Shown here: piece by piece, positions 10,891-24,462 of the stretch
How the letters are laid out: each line of letters opens with the position of its first letter
Numbering within the stretch: position 1 is the first letter of the stretch
Source of the DNA: Desulfatiglandales bacterium
GTDB taxonomy: Bacteria; Desulfobacterota; DSM-4660; Desulfatiglandales; Desulfatiglandaceae
Length of the DNA stretch: 64,000 bases
NCBI GenBank assembly: GCA_963666345.1
Contig: OY762721.1
Coordinates: 1,280,001 to 1,344,000, forward strand
Reading direction: 5' to 3'
Made by a program: the position numbers and the translations under genes
The notes under the pieces: model-generated
Databases searched by the model: none
Seen by the model: the letters and a program-made list of their open reading frames with translations, nothing else
Told to the model about the DNA's origin: nothing

Positions 10891-12453
10891 TTATTTGGCA
10901 TATTCCACTGCCCGTGTCTCCCTGATTACCGTGACCTTTATCTGTCCGGGATAACTCAATTCCTTTTCTATCTTCTTTGCAATATCCTTGCATATGATAA
11001 AGGACTGGTCGTCGTTTATTTTCTTTCCCTCCACCATGATCCTTATCTCTCTGCCTGCCTGTATTGCAAAGGCGTTGTTAACTCCGTTAAAGGACGTGGC
11101 AATCTTCTCAAGGCCTTCAAGCCGCTTGACATATGATTCAAGCATCTCCTGGCGCGCACCGGGCCTGGCTCCCGAAAGGGTGTCGGCGGCCTGGACCAGG
11201 ATGTCAAGTACGCTCTCCGGTTCCACCTCTTCATGATGAGCTGAAATGGCGTGGACCACCCGGTTTGACTCCCCGAATTTCTTCGCCAGATCGGCGCCTA
11301 TAATGGCGTGAGGCCCTTCCACCTCATGATCAACGGCCTTTCCTATGTCATGCAGAAGGCCCGCCCTTTTTGCCTGCTTCACGTTCTGGCCCAGCTCAGC
11401 AGCCATCACCCCGCAGATAAAACTGACTTCCCTTGAGTGCTGCAAGACATTCTGAGCGTAACTCGACCGGTATTTAAGGCGCCCTATGAGTTTTATCAGC
11501 TCCCGGTTGATCCCGTGGACACCCACATCGAATGTCGCCTGTTCCCCCGCCTCGAAAATAGCCGCTTCGACCTCCTTTTCCACCTTTGCGACGATTTCCT
11601 CTATCCTGGCAGGATGAATCCGTCCGTCCTCTATGAGCCTTTCAAGGGATATCTTTGCGACCTCCCTCCTTACCGGATTGAAACCTGAAAGGATCACCGC
11701 CTCCGGGGTGTCATCGACGATGAGGTCAATCCCGGTGGCAGCCTCTATTGCCCTTATGTTTCTTCCCTCCCGTCCGATAATCCGGCCCTTCATCTCCTCA
11801 TTGGGAAGACTGACGACGGATACCGTCTTTTCCGCTACATAATCCCCGGCATATCTCTTAACGGCAAGCGCAAGGATCTCCTGGGCCTTTCTGTCCGCCT
11901 CGGTCCGTGCCTCGTTTTCGATTTTCCGGATCAGTTTTGCGGAATCATGTTTTGCCTCTGATTCCATTGATTTTATCAGGACCTGTTTGGCCTCATCCCG
12001 CGAGATACCGGCAATCATCTCCAGCTCTTTTATCTGCTCTGCAATCAGGCGCTCATACTCCCGTTCTTTATCCTTCAGTCCCCTTTCGGCATTTTCAACG
12101 GCCCGTTCCCTTTCGGAGGTTCTGTTTTCCTTTTTTTCAAGCTGATCCATTTTCCTGTCCAGGTTCTCTTCTTTGTGAAAGAGCCGTTTTTCCTGGATAT
12201 GTATCTGCTCCTTTTTTTCTTTTGTCTCCTTTTCAAACTCGACTTTCATCTGAAAGAGGGTATCTTTGGCCTGAAGCATGGCCTCTTTCTTGGTTGTTCT
12301 GGCCTCTTTTTGAGCATCCTCCAGGATCTTTTTGGAATACGCCTCGATAGAATCTATCCTGCCCTGCTCCATCTTTTTTCTTACAAAAAACCCGATAAAA
12401 AGGCCTGTAATCATGCCCGCGGCAATCGCCCCGATTACGTATAATAATGTCAT
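10891..12453 (-). CDS. rny: Ribonuclease Y
   Basis: N-terminal TM, coiled coil, KH ([13 protein letters not shown]), HD domain (LLHDIGK). Confidence 0.97.
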   Translation of the reverse strand: MTLLYVIGAIAAGMITGLFIGFFVRKKMEQGRIDSIEAYSKKILEDAQKEARTTKKEAMLQAKDTLFQMKVEFEKETKEKKEQIHIQEKRLFHKEENLDRKMDQLEKKENRTSERERAVENAERGLKDKEREYERLIAEQIKELEMIAGISRDEAKQVLIKSMESEAKHDSAKLIRKIENEARTEADRKAQEILALAVKRYAGDYVAEKTVSVVSLPNEEMKGRIIGREGRNIRAIEAATGIDLIVDDTPEAVILSGFNPVRREVAKISLERLIEDGRIHPARIEEIVAKVEKEVEAAIFEAGEQATFDVGVHGINRELIKLIGRLKYRSSYAQNVLQHSREVSFICGVMAAELGQNVKQAKRAGLLHDIGKAVDHEVEGPHAIIGADLAKKFGESNRVVHAISAHHEEVEPESVLDILVQAADTLSGARPGARQEMLESYVKRLEGLEKIATSFNGVNNAFAIQAGREIRIMVEGKKINDDQSFIICKDIAKKIEKELSYPGQIKVTVIRETRAVEYAK

Positions 12454-12893
12454 GGTATATTTCTACTCCTCACCGCGCCCCCGGAACAGGCGCCAATGGG
12501 GCTGAATCGTAATGATCAGCACGTTAAAGTATGGCACTTCAAGTGCATAAGGCAGGAAGAAGATATGTAAGGGGGGTAATAATTACGTAGGTATATCAGG
12601 ATAGATCAAGCCTTTATGATTGCAATATTTTCATCTGTTTACGGCTGCATTTCATAAAAACCTGTCATCTCCTCCAAAAAAGCCGACATCTTTCAAAAAA
12701 ATATCTATATCTATAAATCCATATTGGGTAAAAGCCCCTTTTGATGTATCTTTCAGCCCTGCACTTTCTAAAAAGCATCTTTCCCCAGGCGCAGCAAGCC
12801 TTAGCCGGCATGCTGTTTTCGGGTGATATACAATCACGACCCGCGTATTTTGAAATCGGTCTCTTCAGACGGTTTCGCTAAAAAAAGGCCGTG

Positions 12894-13175
12894 TTATTCC
12901 AAATAACTGTCGATCTGAAAGCTCAGAGTACGGGCTCGTTCCTGGATATCTCTTTCCAGGTTTTCGCGATCCTTTTTCTGCTGCAGGTATTCGCTTGCTA
13001 TATCAAAGGCTGCCAGTATAGCAATTTTTCTCTCCGAAAGCCCTTGGGTACTCTCCTTTATATCATTGAACCTCTCATTCACAAATTGAGCCACCCTTTG
13101 AATCTGAGCCTCATCATTATCACTTCTTATCAAATATTCCTGATTTAATATTTTTACTCTTACAGGCTTTTGCAA
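12894..13175 (-). CDS. zapA: Cell division protein ZapA
   Basis: V.ILNQEY.I, A.FV, AILAA..IA pattern; lies upstream of rny. Confidence 0.85.
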   Translation of the reverse strand: MQKPVRVKILNQEYLIRSDNDEAQIQRVAQFVNERFNDIKESTQGLSERKIAILAAFDIASEYLQQKKDRENLERDIQERARTLSFQIDSYLE

Positions 13176-13192
13176 GGATTACCTCCAAGCTC

Positions 13193-13429
13193 TCAAAAGC
13201 CGATCTGTTCAATTTTCTCCAAAAGGGATATGACCTTCTGCCTTGCCATATCTCTTGACGACCTGAGTGAATCAAGCTCACGGTTTAAATCGACCAGTTT
13301 CTCCTCCTGGATCTGGGTCTTTTCAGAAAGAGACTCCTTTTCCTTTTTAAGGGCACTTACATGCTCAATGAGTTTATCTATCTTTTCTTCGAGTATCTGG
13401 AACTGGTCTATTTCTATGCTGTCTGACAT
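13193..13429 (-). CDS. ZapB-like coiled-coil protein
   Basis: LEEKIDKLI heptads, directly upstream of zapA; start moved to ATG at 13429. Confidence 0.7.
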   Translation of the reverse strand: MSDSIEIDQFQILEEKIDKLIEHVSALKKEKESLSEKTQIQEEKLVDLNRELDSLRSSRDMARQKVISLLEKIEQIGF

Positions 13430-13490
13430 GGTAGCACCTTTCTCTTTATTGTATTCTGGCATCCTATAGCCAAAACAGCCAAAGGTCAAT

Positions 13491-13522
13491 AAAAAAGGCA
13501 GGTCTGCCAGGCCTGCCTTTTT
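13491..13522. terminator. Intrinsic terminator downstream of atpC
   Basis: AAAAAAGGCAGG-TCTGCCAGG-CCTGCCTTTTT hairpin with A/T tails on both sides. Confidence 0.8.
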
Positions 13523-13552
13523 AAGGATATTTCTAAAAAAACTATAAGGTTA

Positions 13553-13960
13553 TCATATTTTTTTTGCCACCTTCAAACGGATCAAGGCCCTTTTAAGAGC
13601 AGACTCCACCCTGAGAAAGTCCAAATCCTTATGGCCTTTTTCCTTTTTTATCCTCTCTTTTGCCCTTTCAAGTGCCCTGCGAGCCCTTTCCACATCTATA
13701 TCGCAGGCAAGCTCCGCCGAATCAACGAGTACGGAGACCTTGTTTTCCGAAACCTCGGCAAAACCGCTTGATACGGCAAGGCATTCTTCCTCGCCCTCGG
13801 CGACATATCTCATCTCCCCTGGAACGATCCCCGACAGAAAGGCTATATGGCCTTCCAGTACTCCGAACTCGCCCAGAGAGCCCGGCGCTACAACGCTTTC
13901 TACTTCCCGGCTTATGACAACATTTTCAGGTGTGACAACTTCAAGGTACAATTTTCCCAT
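13553..13960 (-). CDS. atpC: ATP synthase F1 epsilon subunit
   Basis: LEVVTPE, PG..GEFGVL.GH, SGFAEV. Confidence 0.95.
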   Translation of the reverse strand: MGKLYLEVVTPENVVISREVESVVAPGSLGEFGVLEGHIAFLSGIVPGEMRYVAEGEEECLAVSSGFAEVSENKVSVLVDSAELACDIDVERARRALERAKERIKKEKGHKDLDFLRVESALKRALIRLKVAKKI

Positions 13961-13976
13961 CTATTATCCTTAACCT

Positions 13977-16303
<2,327 letters not shown>

Positions 16304-16365
16304 CTATTTCCCTCTCCTGCCCCCGGCCCTGACATTCTTAAAGAAAGTGGCAGGGTAATGTCCGC

Positions 16366-17880
16366 CTATGCGGCCGGCTGGAAGATCCCCTCGAATTCTT
16401 CCAGGGCCTTTTCCAGTTTATCACCCAGTTCATCAGATATCTGTTTGGAGCCCTTGATCTCCTTTAATATATCAGGGTGGCTGCCGGCCATGAATTCAAG
16501 CATCTGTTTCTCGTAATCGCTCACAGCCTCGGCAGGCCATTTATCCAGAAAGCCTTTGGTTCCCGCATAGAGGATGGACACCTGGTTTTCTGCAGGCATC
16601 GGCTGATATTGCGGCTGTTTGAGGATTTCGACAAGCCTTCTTCCCCTTTCGAGCTGCCTCTGAGTGGCCTTATCAAGGTCACTTCCAAACTGGGCGAATG
16701 CCTCCAGTTCTCTGAACTGGGCCATGTCGAGCCTGAGTGTGCCTGCGACCTTTTTCATGGCCTTTGTCTGAGCCGCGCCTCCCACGCGCGATACCGAAAG
16801 CCCCACATTGATGGCCGGCCTGATCCCGGAGAAAAACAGGTTGGGTTCCAGGTACACCTGACCATCGGTAATGGAAATGACATTGGTGGGTATAAACGCG
16901 GACACGTCTCCCGCCTGAGTTTCTATGATCGGAAGGGCCGTAAGAGAACCCGCGCCCTTCTCGTCATTAAGCTTGGCAGCCCTTTCGAGCAGTCTTGAAT
17001 GGTTGTAAAATATGTCGCCCGGAAACGCCTCTCTTCCCGGGGGACGCCTCAGAAGCAGCGACACCTGTCTATAGGCGGTTGCCTGCTTGGAAAGGTCATC
17101 GTAGATGATAAGGGCGTGCTGTCCTTTATCCCTGTAGTACTCCCCGATGGCGCATCCCGCATAGGGGGCTATATACTGCTGCGTTGCGGGGTCACTGGCG
17201 CAGGCGGCCACCACAGTGGTGTATTCCATGGCACCGTTCCGCTCCAGCACGTCAACCACCTGGGCCACGGTCGATTTCTTCTGACCCACTGCGACATAGA
17301 TGCAGAAGATATCCGTATCCTTCTGGTTGATTATGGCATCCACGCATATGGCCGTCTTTCCGATCTGCCGGTCCCCGATGATCAGCTCCCTCTGTCCCCT
17401 TCCTATAGGCGTCATGGCATCGATCGCCTTGATGCCGGTGTACATCGACTCATTTACCGGCTGACGCTCGATAACACCGGGCGCGACAACCTCCAGACGG
17501 CGAAACTCCTTGGCGTCAATCGGCCCTTTTCCGTCCAAAGGCTGGCCCACGCTATCTATTACCCGTCCCAGGACCGCCTTGCCGACCGGAATTTCGGCGA
17601 TTCTGTTGGTCCTCTTGACGACGTCACCCTCCTTGATCCTGGCAACATCACCCATGACGGCGACACCGACATTATCCTCTTCGAGGTTCAGACACAAGCC
17701 ATAGATGTTTCCTGGAAATTCAACCATCTCCATGGCCATGGCCTTCTCAATGCCATAGACGCGGGCGATCCCATCTCCAACCGAAAGCACGGTCCCTGTT
17801 TCGCTTACCTCTACCTTTTTCTCATAATCCTTGATCTGATCCCGGATTATCTGACTTATCTCTTCTGCTCTGATCTCCAT
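16366..17880 (-). CDS. atpA: ATP synthase F1 alpha subunit
   Basis: [25 protein letters not shown]. Confidence 0.98.
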   Translation of the reverse strand: MEIRAEEISQIIRDQIKDYEKKVEVSETGTVLSVGDGIARVYGIEKAMAMEMVEFPGNIYGLCLNLEEDNVGVAVMGDVARIKEGDVVKRTNRIAEIPVGKAVLGRVIDSVGQPLDGKGPIDAKEFRRLEVVAPGVIERQPVNESMYTGIKAIDAMTPIGRGQRELIIGDRQIGKTAICVDAIINQKDTDIFCIYVAVGQKKSTVAQVVDVLERNGAMEYTTVVAACASDPATQQYIAPYAGCAIGEYYRDKGQHALIIYDDLSKQATAYRQVSLLLRRPPGREAFPGDIFYNHSRLLERAAKLNDEKGAGSLTALPIIETQAGDVSAFIPTNVISITDGQVYLEPNLFFSGIRPAINVGLSVSRVGGAAQTKAMKKVAGTLRLDMAQFRELEAFAQFGSDLDKATQRQLERGRRLVEILKQPQYQPMPAENQVSILYAGTKGFLDKWPAEAVSDYEKQMLEFMAGSHPDILKEIKGSKQISDELGDKLEKALEEFEGIFQPAA

Positions 17881-18431
17881 TAGTTATCCCCACCCCTTCT
17901 TATTGATTCTTTCAAACCTTCCAGCTGTGCCCTGACACTGCCATCGAGTACCAAATCTCCAAGCTTAACCATCAGGCCCCCTATAAGGTCTTCATCTTCA
18001 CTGATCTCCATCTTTACCTCTTTTGAAGTAATATGCCCCAGAGCGGCCCGGAGCTTATCCAGAGCGTCCTTATCTAAGGGTCTCGCCGTAGTTACCTGAG
18101 CGCGGGTGATATTTGAAATCTCATCGGTCAGCCTGGCATAATATTCGTTTATGCCGGACATGGCTGAGATCCTGTTCCTGTCGAGCAGAAGTCGCAAAAA
18201 ATTATTAATGACATTGGATAGTTCTCCTTTACGGAGAACATTTTCCAGGACCTTTTTGCGATCCTCAACCGAAAATATCCGGCTGGAAATTACCTGAAAG
18301 AATTCCTCATTTTCAGAACAAAAACCGGTAAATTCCTGCAGATCCCGGCCATAGGTTTCATAATTTCCATCTTCAATGCCCAGGCTCAACAGGGCCTTTG
18401 CGTATCTTCTTGAGATCTTTGAACTGATCAA
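17880..18431 (-). CDS. atpH: ATP synthase delta subunit
   Basis: [12 protein letters not shown]...GD...DGSV. Confidence 0.95.
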   Translation of the reverse strand: MISSKISRRYAKALLSLGIEDGNYETYGRDLQEFTGFCSENEEFFQVISSRIFSVEDRKKVLENVLRKGELSNVINNFLRLLLDRNRISAMSGINEYYARLTDEISNITRAQVTTARPLDKDALDKLRAALGHITSKEVKMEISEDEDLIGGLMVKLGDLVLDGSVRAQLEGLKESIRRGGDN

Positions 18432-19033
18432 TGCAGGGTACCTAACCTTTCTATGAATTCGTTGACAAGGTGATCCTGATCTTTGTCATTAATCTCTCTT
18501 CTTACAATCTCCTCCGCCTTGCCGGCCGCAATTTCGACCAACTCCTGTCTCAATCTGTCCCTTGCGGCCTGCACTTCCCTTTCAATGGTTTCATCGACCT
18601 GGTCAAGTATCTGAGATGCCCTTGCCTTTGCATGGGAAATGATCTTTTCCTTTTCCGCCTCCCCTTCGGCCCTGAACCGTTCGAGGATTTCCTCGCGGGA
18701 CTTTTCAAACTCCTTCAGCTTCTGCTCCAGTTCCTGATAGCGGTTTTCAGCCGTGTCTTTCTCCTTCTGTAGGCCTTCGAGTCTCTTTCCGATCTCCTCC
18801 CGTCTGGCCACGAAAAAATCCTTTAACGCGGTCTTCTTTACGACAAAAAAGAGTATGATCACAAGGAGGGCGAAATTGATAAAACGGTAGAGGAGGTTGG
18901 TCAGTTTTCCCCCGTCGTGTCCCCCTGCTCCTTCGGAGGCGAAGGTCGGAAAAGCAGTGAATGCCAGGCACAAAATCAGGGTAAGGAAGATGAAAAGAGA
19001 CAGTCTCCTTTTTCCAGCCGTAGTTAAGATCAT
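18428..19033 (-). CDS. atpF: ATP synthase F0 b subunit
   Basis: RFINF TM segment then charged coiled coil; operon position. Confidence 0.9.
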   Translation of the reverse strand: MILTTAGKRRLSLFIFLTLILCLAFTAFPTFASEGAGGHDGGKLTNLLYRFINFALLVIILFFVVKKTALKDFFVARREEIGKRLEGLQKEKDTAENRYQELEQKLKEFEKSREEILERFRAEGEAEKEKIISHAKARASQILDQVDETIEREVQAARDRLRQELVEIAAGKAEEIVRREINDKDQDHLVNEFIERLGTLH

Positions 19034-19458
19034 TGAATGACCCTCCCAAGGACCTTTTCTGCAAGTTCATTGGAAAGCTCATCGGCATGGGCATCCAGCA
19101 CGCCCTTTATCTCTGCAATCCTTGCGTCTATGTCCTTTTGAGCCTCGTTAACGCTTTGCTCGGACGAACCTTGAGCTTCCTTTATCAAGGCATGCTCTTT
19201 TTCGATACCCAGGCCTTTGATCTTTTCCTTTTCAAGGTACCCCTCTTTTCTCGCCTTTATCATCCCCTCTTCAATCTCCCTGATGCCCTTGTCCGATTTA
19301 TCACTCAGATCACCAATGGAATTTTCAAGGGAACTCATCTCCTGATTTCTGCGGGAAATAATATCACGGATCGGTTTGTAGAGAAAAATATTGAGTAAAA
19401 GGAGAAGAATGAGGAAATTGGCAATCTGAAGGAATAGGCTGAAGTCTATATTCAACAT
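19030..19458 (-). CDS. ATP synthase F0 b' subunit
   Basis: QIANF..L..FLYKPI...R; operon position. Confidence 0.9.
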   Translation of the reverse strand: MLNIDFSLFLQIANFLILLLLLNIFLYKPIRDIISRRNQEMSSLENSIGDLSDKSDKGIREIEEGMIKARKEGYLEKEKIKGLGIEKEHALIKEAQGSSEQSVNEAQKDIDARIAEIKGVLDAHADELSNELAEKVLGRVIQ

Positions 19459-19587
19459 TTCAAGTTAAGTCCTCTTTCTCTTGATTTATAAAAAGGCAAA
19501 TGTTCAGGTAGGCTCGGCCACTGTTCAGGCTAGATCTTATTATCAAATTTTCACGAAAAGTCAAATTACTTTTAATGAAAATGGAAA

Positions 19588-19953
19588 TTATTTATTCAAA
19601 AGGGCAATTTTCTTGTCAATATCCCCTTTTTTCCCGCGCATACTGCAGTGACCTTCAAAAATAACGCCCTCTTCCATAGTAACAACAGGGGCCTGGATAT
19701 TGCCGCTCACCTTTCCGGGTGAGCAGATCTCTATTCTGCTCTTCGCGATCAGAGTTCCTTTTGCCTGACCGCTGATGATTATTTTATCGGCATTTATGTC
19801 AGCCTCAACAATGGCAGTACTCCCTATAAGGAGAGTGCCTTCGGTAGATACCTCCCCCTTAAAATAACCGTCGATACGTACAGCTCCGGAAAAAGAAAGC
19901 TTTCCCTCGAATTCCGTATCTTTACCAAAAAAGGCGTTGAGTTTCTCTTTCAT
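19588..19953 (-). CDS. Bactofilin (polymer-forming cytoskeletal protein)
   Basis: FEGKL.F.G.VRIDG.F.G, G.I.AP...EEG..FEG.C.M. Confidence 0.9.
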   Translation of the reverse strand: MKEKLNAFFGKDTEFEGKLSFSGAVRIDGYFKGEVSTEGTLLIGSTAIVEADINADKIIISGQAKGTLIAKSRIEICSPGKVSGNIQAPVVTMEEGVIFEGHCSMRGKKGDIDKKIALLNK

Positions 19954-20036
19954 AAGTTTTTATTTCACTTTGCGGGCGGATCGGTGTGCGCTGATTAACA
20001 CATTATTGTCTGTTTTACAAGAAAAATTGCACCAGT

Positions 20037-21212
20037 CTACTGCCATCTTCCGGGAATCACGGCCCCGCAGAACCTGCATGCCCCATTATCCATATTGTAC
20101 TGTCTTATCAGATAGCCCTTTCTCTCTATCAGGATCTTTTTGCAGTTGTGGCAGTATGTATTGGTCGCCTCGTGCCCCGGCACATTTCCCAGGTACACAT
20201 AGCGGACACCTTCGTTCAGGGCGATTTTTCTCAAATTTTCCAGGGTCTCAACAGGTGTGAAGGGAAGCCGCGTAAGCCTGTAGTCGGGATGGAACCTCGA
20301 AAGATGGAGAGGGTGATCCGGGCCAAGCTCTTTCAGTATCCAACCGCACATCCTCTTTATCATATCAGGCTTGTCCACATAGGTCGGTACTACAAGGGTG
20401 GTAATCTCAAACCACACCCCTTGTGCGTGAAGGGTCTTGAAACAGTCGAGCACAGGCTGAAGCCTCCCTCCGTTAAGGCACCGATATGTTGAGTCGTCAA
20501 ATGATTTGAGGTTCACATTTGCCCCGTCCAGATATCTGCAGAGCTCATTCAGGGGACCTCCGTTTATATACCCGTTTGACACAAGCACATTTTTTATTCC
20601 TGCCTGCCTGGCAAGACGTGCCGTATCAAAGACATACTCATAAAAAGTTACAGGTTCGGAATATGTGTAGGCTATGGAAGGGATTTTCTCTTTTTTCACT
20701 CTATCAACCGCGTCCACGGGGAATAATTCTCCATGCCTGACATCCTCCGGCCTTCTCTGTGAGATTTCCCAGTTCTGACAGTTGAGGCATCTTAAATTGC
20801 ACCCTGTCGTTGCCATGGAAAAAATCAGGGACCCCGGCAGAAAATGATTGAGCGGTTTCTTTTCTATCGGGTCGATATGCACGGCACAGGGATTGCCGTA
20901 GGCAAGGGAATAGAGCTTTCCCTTTATATTGACCTTTGACCGGCAGATGCTTCTGTCCCCTGGCTCAAGCACACATCTGTTGGGACACACCCTGCACTGG
21001 ACCGTTGAGCCGATAGACGCATAATGAAAGCCTTCAACAGACCATTTCCACGGTTTATCAGGGGCATCACCTTTGAAGATACTTCCACTTATATCCTTTT
21101 CGATCTCATCTTTTTTTCCTGCAAATCCGAGCCCCGTCAAGGGGCAGAGAAGAGCTGCGGTCCCTAAGCCCAGGGATTTCAAAAACTCCTTCCTGCTTAT
21201 CAGATTTGCCAT
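20037..21212 (-). CDS. amrS: AmmeMemoRadiSam system radical SAM enzyme with Tat-like N-terminus
   Basis: DPIEKKPL.HF.PG, GCNLRCLNCQNWEISQ, YTYSEP, LH.SRFHP.Y; N-terminus SRKEFLK plus hydrophobic stretch. Confidence 0.9.
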   Translation of the reverse strand: MANLISRKEFLKSLGLGTAALLCPLTGLGFAGKKDEIEKDISGSIFKGDAPDKPWKWSVEGFHYASIGSTVQCRVCPNRCVLEPGDRSICRSKVNIKGKLYSLAYGNPCAVHIDPIEKKPLNHFLPGSLIFSMATTGCNLRCLNCQNWEISQRRPEDVRHGELFPVDAVDRVKKEKIPSIAYTYSEPVTFYEYVFDTARLARQAGIKNVLVSNGYINGGPLNELCRYLDGANVNLKSFDDSTYRCLNGGRLQPVLDCFKTLHAQGVWFEITTLVVPTYVDKPDMIKRMCGWILKELGPDHPLHLSRFHPDYRLTRLPFTPVETLENLRKIALNEGVRYVYLGNVPGHEATNTYCHNCKKILIERKGYLIRQYNMDNGACRFCGAVIPGRWQ

Positions 21213-21287
21213 TGTTCTGTTACCATAAACTTTAAGTTAATGCCTGCCCGGTTTCTCAAAAGAGGCGTCATAATATGTCCAGGGGCG

Positions 21288-23375
21288 TCATCTCTTACGG
21301 TTTATAATGATCATACTTGAAATCTTGACAATTATCAAAAAGGCAAGCGCCGATCTGACGCCATAAAAGGGAACCAGCATGGTGCCGACTATGACGGTCC
21401 CTAAAGAGGCCCCGCACAAATCCGCGGCAAGACACCCGGCGGCCGGACTGCCTTTCTCACCGATCAGCCTTGCCGCCACCGGGAACTGAAATCCGCCGAA
21501 AAAAGAAACCACAAAGCAGTAGGCCAGAAAGACATACTCATGAATATCTTCCCTTAAAACGGAGATCCATAAAAGAAAGGCGGCAAGAAGGATCAAGATA
21601 ATCACTTCCGAAATATTGAGCTTCACAAAATCGCTGCCGCCGCTTAAGGTGCCTGCAAATGCGCCGGGCAGAAGACCAAGCAGAAAGGCGGTGACGATTC
21701 CACCTATTTTCAGATACACGTGACCATATATCACCTGGAAGGTAAATATTATCAGCATCTCAACCCCCATCGAAACAAACCCGGTTGCAAAAAGGAGGTA
21801 TTCCTCCCTTCTGATACCGGACAGATACAGCGCGCTCAAAAATCCCACCGCCGTCAGAATATACCAGGGAGATGCACCATGCCTTGAGAACCACTGCCTG
21901 AATGTCAGGTTCATGATCCTCGGCTCAAAATCAGAATTGACCGCCGCCTTTTTGTCCAGTTGGCCCGCAAGTTGAATGACCCTTTCTCTTGACACATCCC
22001 CGTAGAAATACCCCTCGATATACTCGGTGTCTATCGGGCGCATCGCAAGCCTTTTCGGGATATCGGACCACAATTCCCCGTCCCTGCATATAAAATAGGC
22101 CTCCCTGCCCGGCAGGACCATGACATTGTTGAACTGCGTGCGTGCGGTGGAATAAAGTATTGAAAGCTTTTTCCTTTCTGTATCACTCAGGTAATTCGGG
22201 GAATAGGACAGGGAAAGGGAAAGGACCCCCCCACTTTTCATTGACCTCTTTGCCAGGGCAAAAAACTCCCCGGTAAAAAAGCGGTTTACCTGAAAGGTAT
22301 CCGGAGCGGGAAGATCCACGATTATGGCATCATAGGGCCCTTTCGGTGATTTCAGATAGTGCCTTCCATCGGTATTGATTATATTCAGCGCCCCTGACCT
22401 GCTTACTATACCCATTTCAAGAGCCGCCTCCGTCAGGCAGGGGTCCAGTTCGATATAATCCACCCGCTCGGGCCGGTATTTTTCCAGCTCCCTGACCGGC
22501 TCGCCAAGACCGCCTGAAATCAGCAGGACATGGCTAATCTCGTCCAACTGACAAAGTGGGTAATGGATCTTCTCTTCGCTTCTCATGATATCACCTTCGG
22601 AATATAGCGGGATTCCGGACTCCCAGAAGGTGTATTGGCCCTTTTCCTTAGAGATAACCACCCTGCCGTAAGGGGATTCAAGATACCTTGTGATATTTCC
22701 ATACTGCCCGGTAAGTGACTTGATTTCAGAAGCGCTGTCCAGTGCATAGGCATAAAAGGCTGACACAACGACAAGCGCGGAAAGAAACAGCCACCTGCTG
22801 TGCCTTTTTTTTAAAAACAGAAAAAAGGCCGCCAGCAGGATAGATGAACCAAAGGCCACGGTATGAAACGGCTTGAGCCAGTAGACCAGGATGAAGCTGA
22901 AAACCGCACCGCCCGATATGTCCCCTATGCTGTCGGAGACATAGAGTTCACCGCTCGTAAATGAGCGGCCGCGACTGTTAAGGAGTTTCTGTGAATAGGG
23001 GAGCACGAAACCGGTCAAAAGACAGTAAGGGGCGATTATCAGGAATACATAGAAAAATATGGAGTAAAAACCGGGCGAGGCACCATGGATGAACAGACGC
23101 TGCCCAAGGTATCTTATGGCTGAAATCTGAGCAAGGGGAAGCATGGCTATGAATAAAAGCAGCAGTGAATATGTCGAATCCGATGTGATTTTTACCGGCT
23201 TCGCCGCCAGGCTTCCAAGCCCCGTAAGCATAAGCCAGCTGAACAGCACTACTGCGATTGTGATTTCATTACCATGGAACTGAGCCAGAAACTCCCTTAT
23301 CGTGATCAGCTGGGTGGTGACTGAGCTTATCCCTGTGCCTATGACAGTCCATATTATAACCCTTTTGAGGTTCAA
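21288..23375 (-). CDS. Membrane protein with central spermidine-synthase-like SAM/dcSAM-binding domain
   Basis: TM blocks at both ends; SPYG, VLLISGG.G, IELDP, DGR.YL, YDAIIVD.P.P, NRFFT.EFF. Confidence 0.8.
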   Translation of the reverse strand: MNLKRVIIWTVIGTGISSVTTQLITIREFLAQFHGNEITIAVVLFSWLMLTGLGSLAAKPVKITSDSTYSLLLLFIAMLPLAQISAIRYLGQRLFIHGASPGFYSIFFYVFLIIAPYCLLTGFVLPYSQKLLNSRGRSFTSGELYVSDSIGDISGGAVFSFILVYWLKPFHTVAFGSSILLAAFFLFLKKRHSRWLFLSALVVVSAFYAYALDSASEIKSLTGQYGNITRYLESPYGRVVISKEKGQYTFWESGIPLYSEGDIMRSEEKIHYPLCQLDEISHVLLISGGLGEPVRELEKYRPERVDYIELDPCLTEAALEMGIVSRSGALNIINTDGRHYLKSPKGPYDAIIVDLPAPDTFQVNRFFTGEFFALAKRSMKSGGVLSLSLSYSPNYLSDTERKKLSILYSTARTQFNNVMVLPGREAYFICRDGELWSDIPKRLAMRPIDTEYIEGYFYGDVSRERVIQLAGQLDKKAAVNSDFEPRIMNLTFRQWFSRHGASPWYILTAVGFLSALYLSGIRREEYLLFATGFVSMGVEMLIIFTFQVIYGHVYLKIGGIVTAFLLGLLPGAFAGTLSGGSDFVKLNISEVIILILLAAFLLWISVLREDIHEYVFLAYCFVVSFFGGFQFPVAARLIGEKGSPAAGCLAADLCGASLGTVIVGTMLVPFYGVRSALAFLIIVKISSMIIINRKR

Positions 23376-23482
23376 CAGAAGGACTCCTCCACAGGTGAGA
23401 GCCGAACAGACTCATTGTTATTCTGAAAAAGGCCGTGAAACAGTCTCAATATAGATCATCGGCAGATGGACAGACATGGCAC

Positions 23483-24214
23483 CTATTCTTCTTCAAACGC
23501 CTGTACCTGATAGGTTGAGACATCCAGATCACCCTTTGTCCAGGCATCCGCCGCAAGTCCCGCCTTAAGGCAGAGATGCCTCAGAAAATCCCCTTTATCA
23601 GGGAGCTGATCCCAGACCTGAGGAAGAAAAGTGGCCTGATTGTATCCTTTTTTGATTATAACCCCGTCCACATGGGGGCGGAGTTTTTCCAGCAGATCAT
23701 CCCTGTCTGAATACTCAAGAGGTTCGGGGTCTGTCAGGATGCTTACCTCTATGTCTATATCATCCAGCTCATCAGGGCTTAAGGGGGGAAACCTGGGGTC
23801 CTTGAAGGCGGCGTTTACGGCATTTTCCTCTACCCCTTCAAGGAGGCTCTCGCGCGCGATTATATGACCTATGCATCCCCTGAGTGCGCCTGCCTTGGTG
23901 AGGGTAACAAAGGTGCCCCGTCTTTCATTGAAGACCTCGGGCGGTTTTTCATCGCCCATATCCTTTGAGCCGCCCAAAAGCCTCGCCTTGATGGTCTCCC
24001 GTGCAAGTTTGAGAAGATATGAACCCTGTTCATTGCTTAGCCTGTCCGAACCGGTCATCTTTTCCGCCCCCTTTTCATTTCTATATTTCGAATCAGTCAT
24101 GCTTTTTTTGGTTTTAACACCGCTTTCAGCGCAGGCTGAGGCATAACAAGCTGCAATCACAGTTGAAATTACAGCCAGCCCCAACAGCAATGAACTGAGA
24201 GATGTTTTCCCCAT
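23483..24214 (-). CDS. amrA: AmmeMemoRadiSam protein A (AMMECR1 domain) with signal-peptide-like N-terminus
   Basis: GTFVTL...G.LRGCIG, AAF.DPRF, ATFLPQVW, LC.KAG; GGAGG RBS favours ATG at 24214. Confidence 0.9.
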   Translation of the reverse strand: MGKTSLSSLLLGLAVISTVIAACYASACAESGVKTKKSMTDSKYRNEKGAEKMTGSDRLSNEQGSYLLKLARETIKARLLGGSKDMGDEKPPEVFNERRGTFVTLTKAGALRGCIGHIIARESLLEGVEENAVNAAFKDPRFPPLSPDELDDIDIEVSILTDPEPLEYSDRDDLLEKLRPHVDGVIIKKGYNQATFLPQVWDQLPDKGDFLRHLCLKAGLAADAWTKGDLDVSTYQVQAFEEE

Positions 24215-24462
24215 CAATCTCATTCCTCCATAAAACCCGGTGAAAAACAACCCTTTTCATGATAACCCAAATCAATTTACTGTCAACAGCAATAAGGACT
24301 TCGCGCTCCTTTTATCCCCTCTCTCCAGGCATCCGGCCCCCAGAGCCGGCCGAGCAAAGAAAAGAGTCCTGCCCCGGAGCGCGGTTTCCTATTATTCTTG
24401 TTGACCTTTCGGCAGAATCCGATTAGTCAGACACAACATAAATTTTTTACTGGAAAAGGCAG

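Noticed and set aside
12454..12893. 6S RNA or ygfA expected between zapA and rny
   Set aside because: No long closing stem or recognisable 6S motif and no credible ORF; an Infernal search is needed to exclude a divergent copy.
16477..17883. Long plus-strand ORFs over atpA (likewise over atpD, map, aspS)
   Set aside because: Shadows of conserved minus-strand genes.
19535..19565. Possible Rex operator upstream of the atp operon
   Set aside because: Only one good half-site (TTTCACGAA); the other half is poor.
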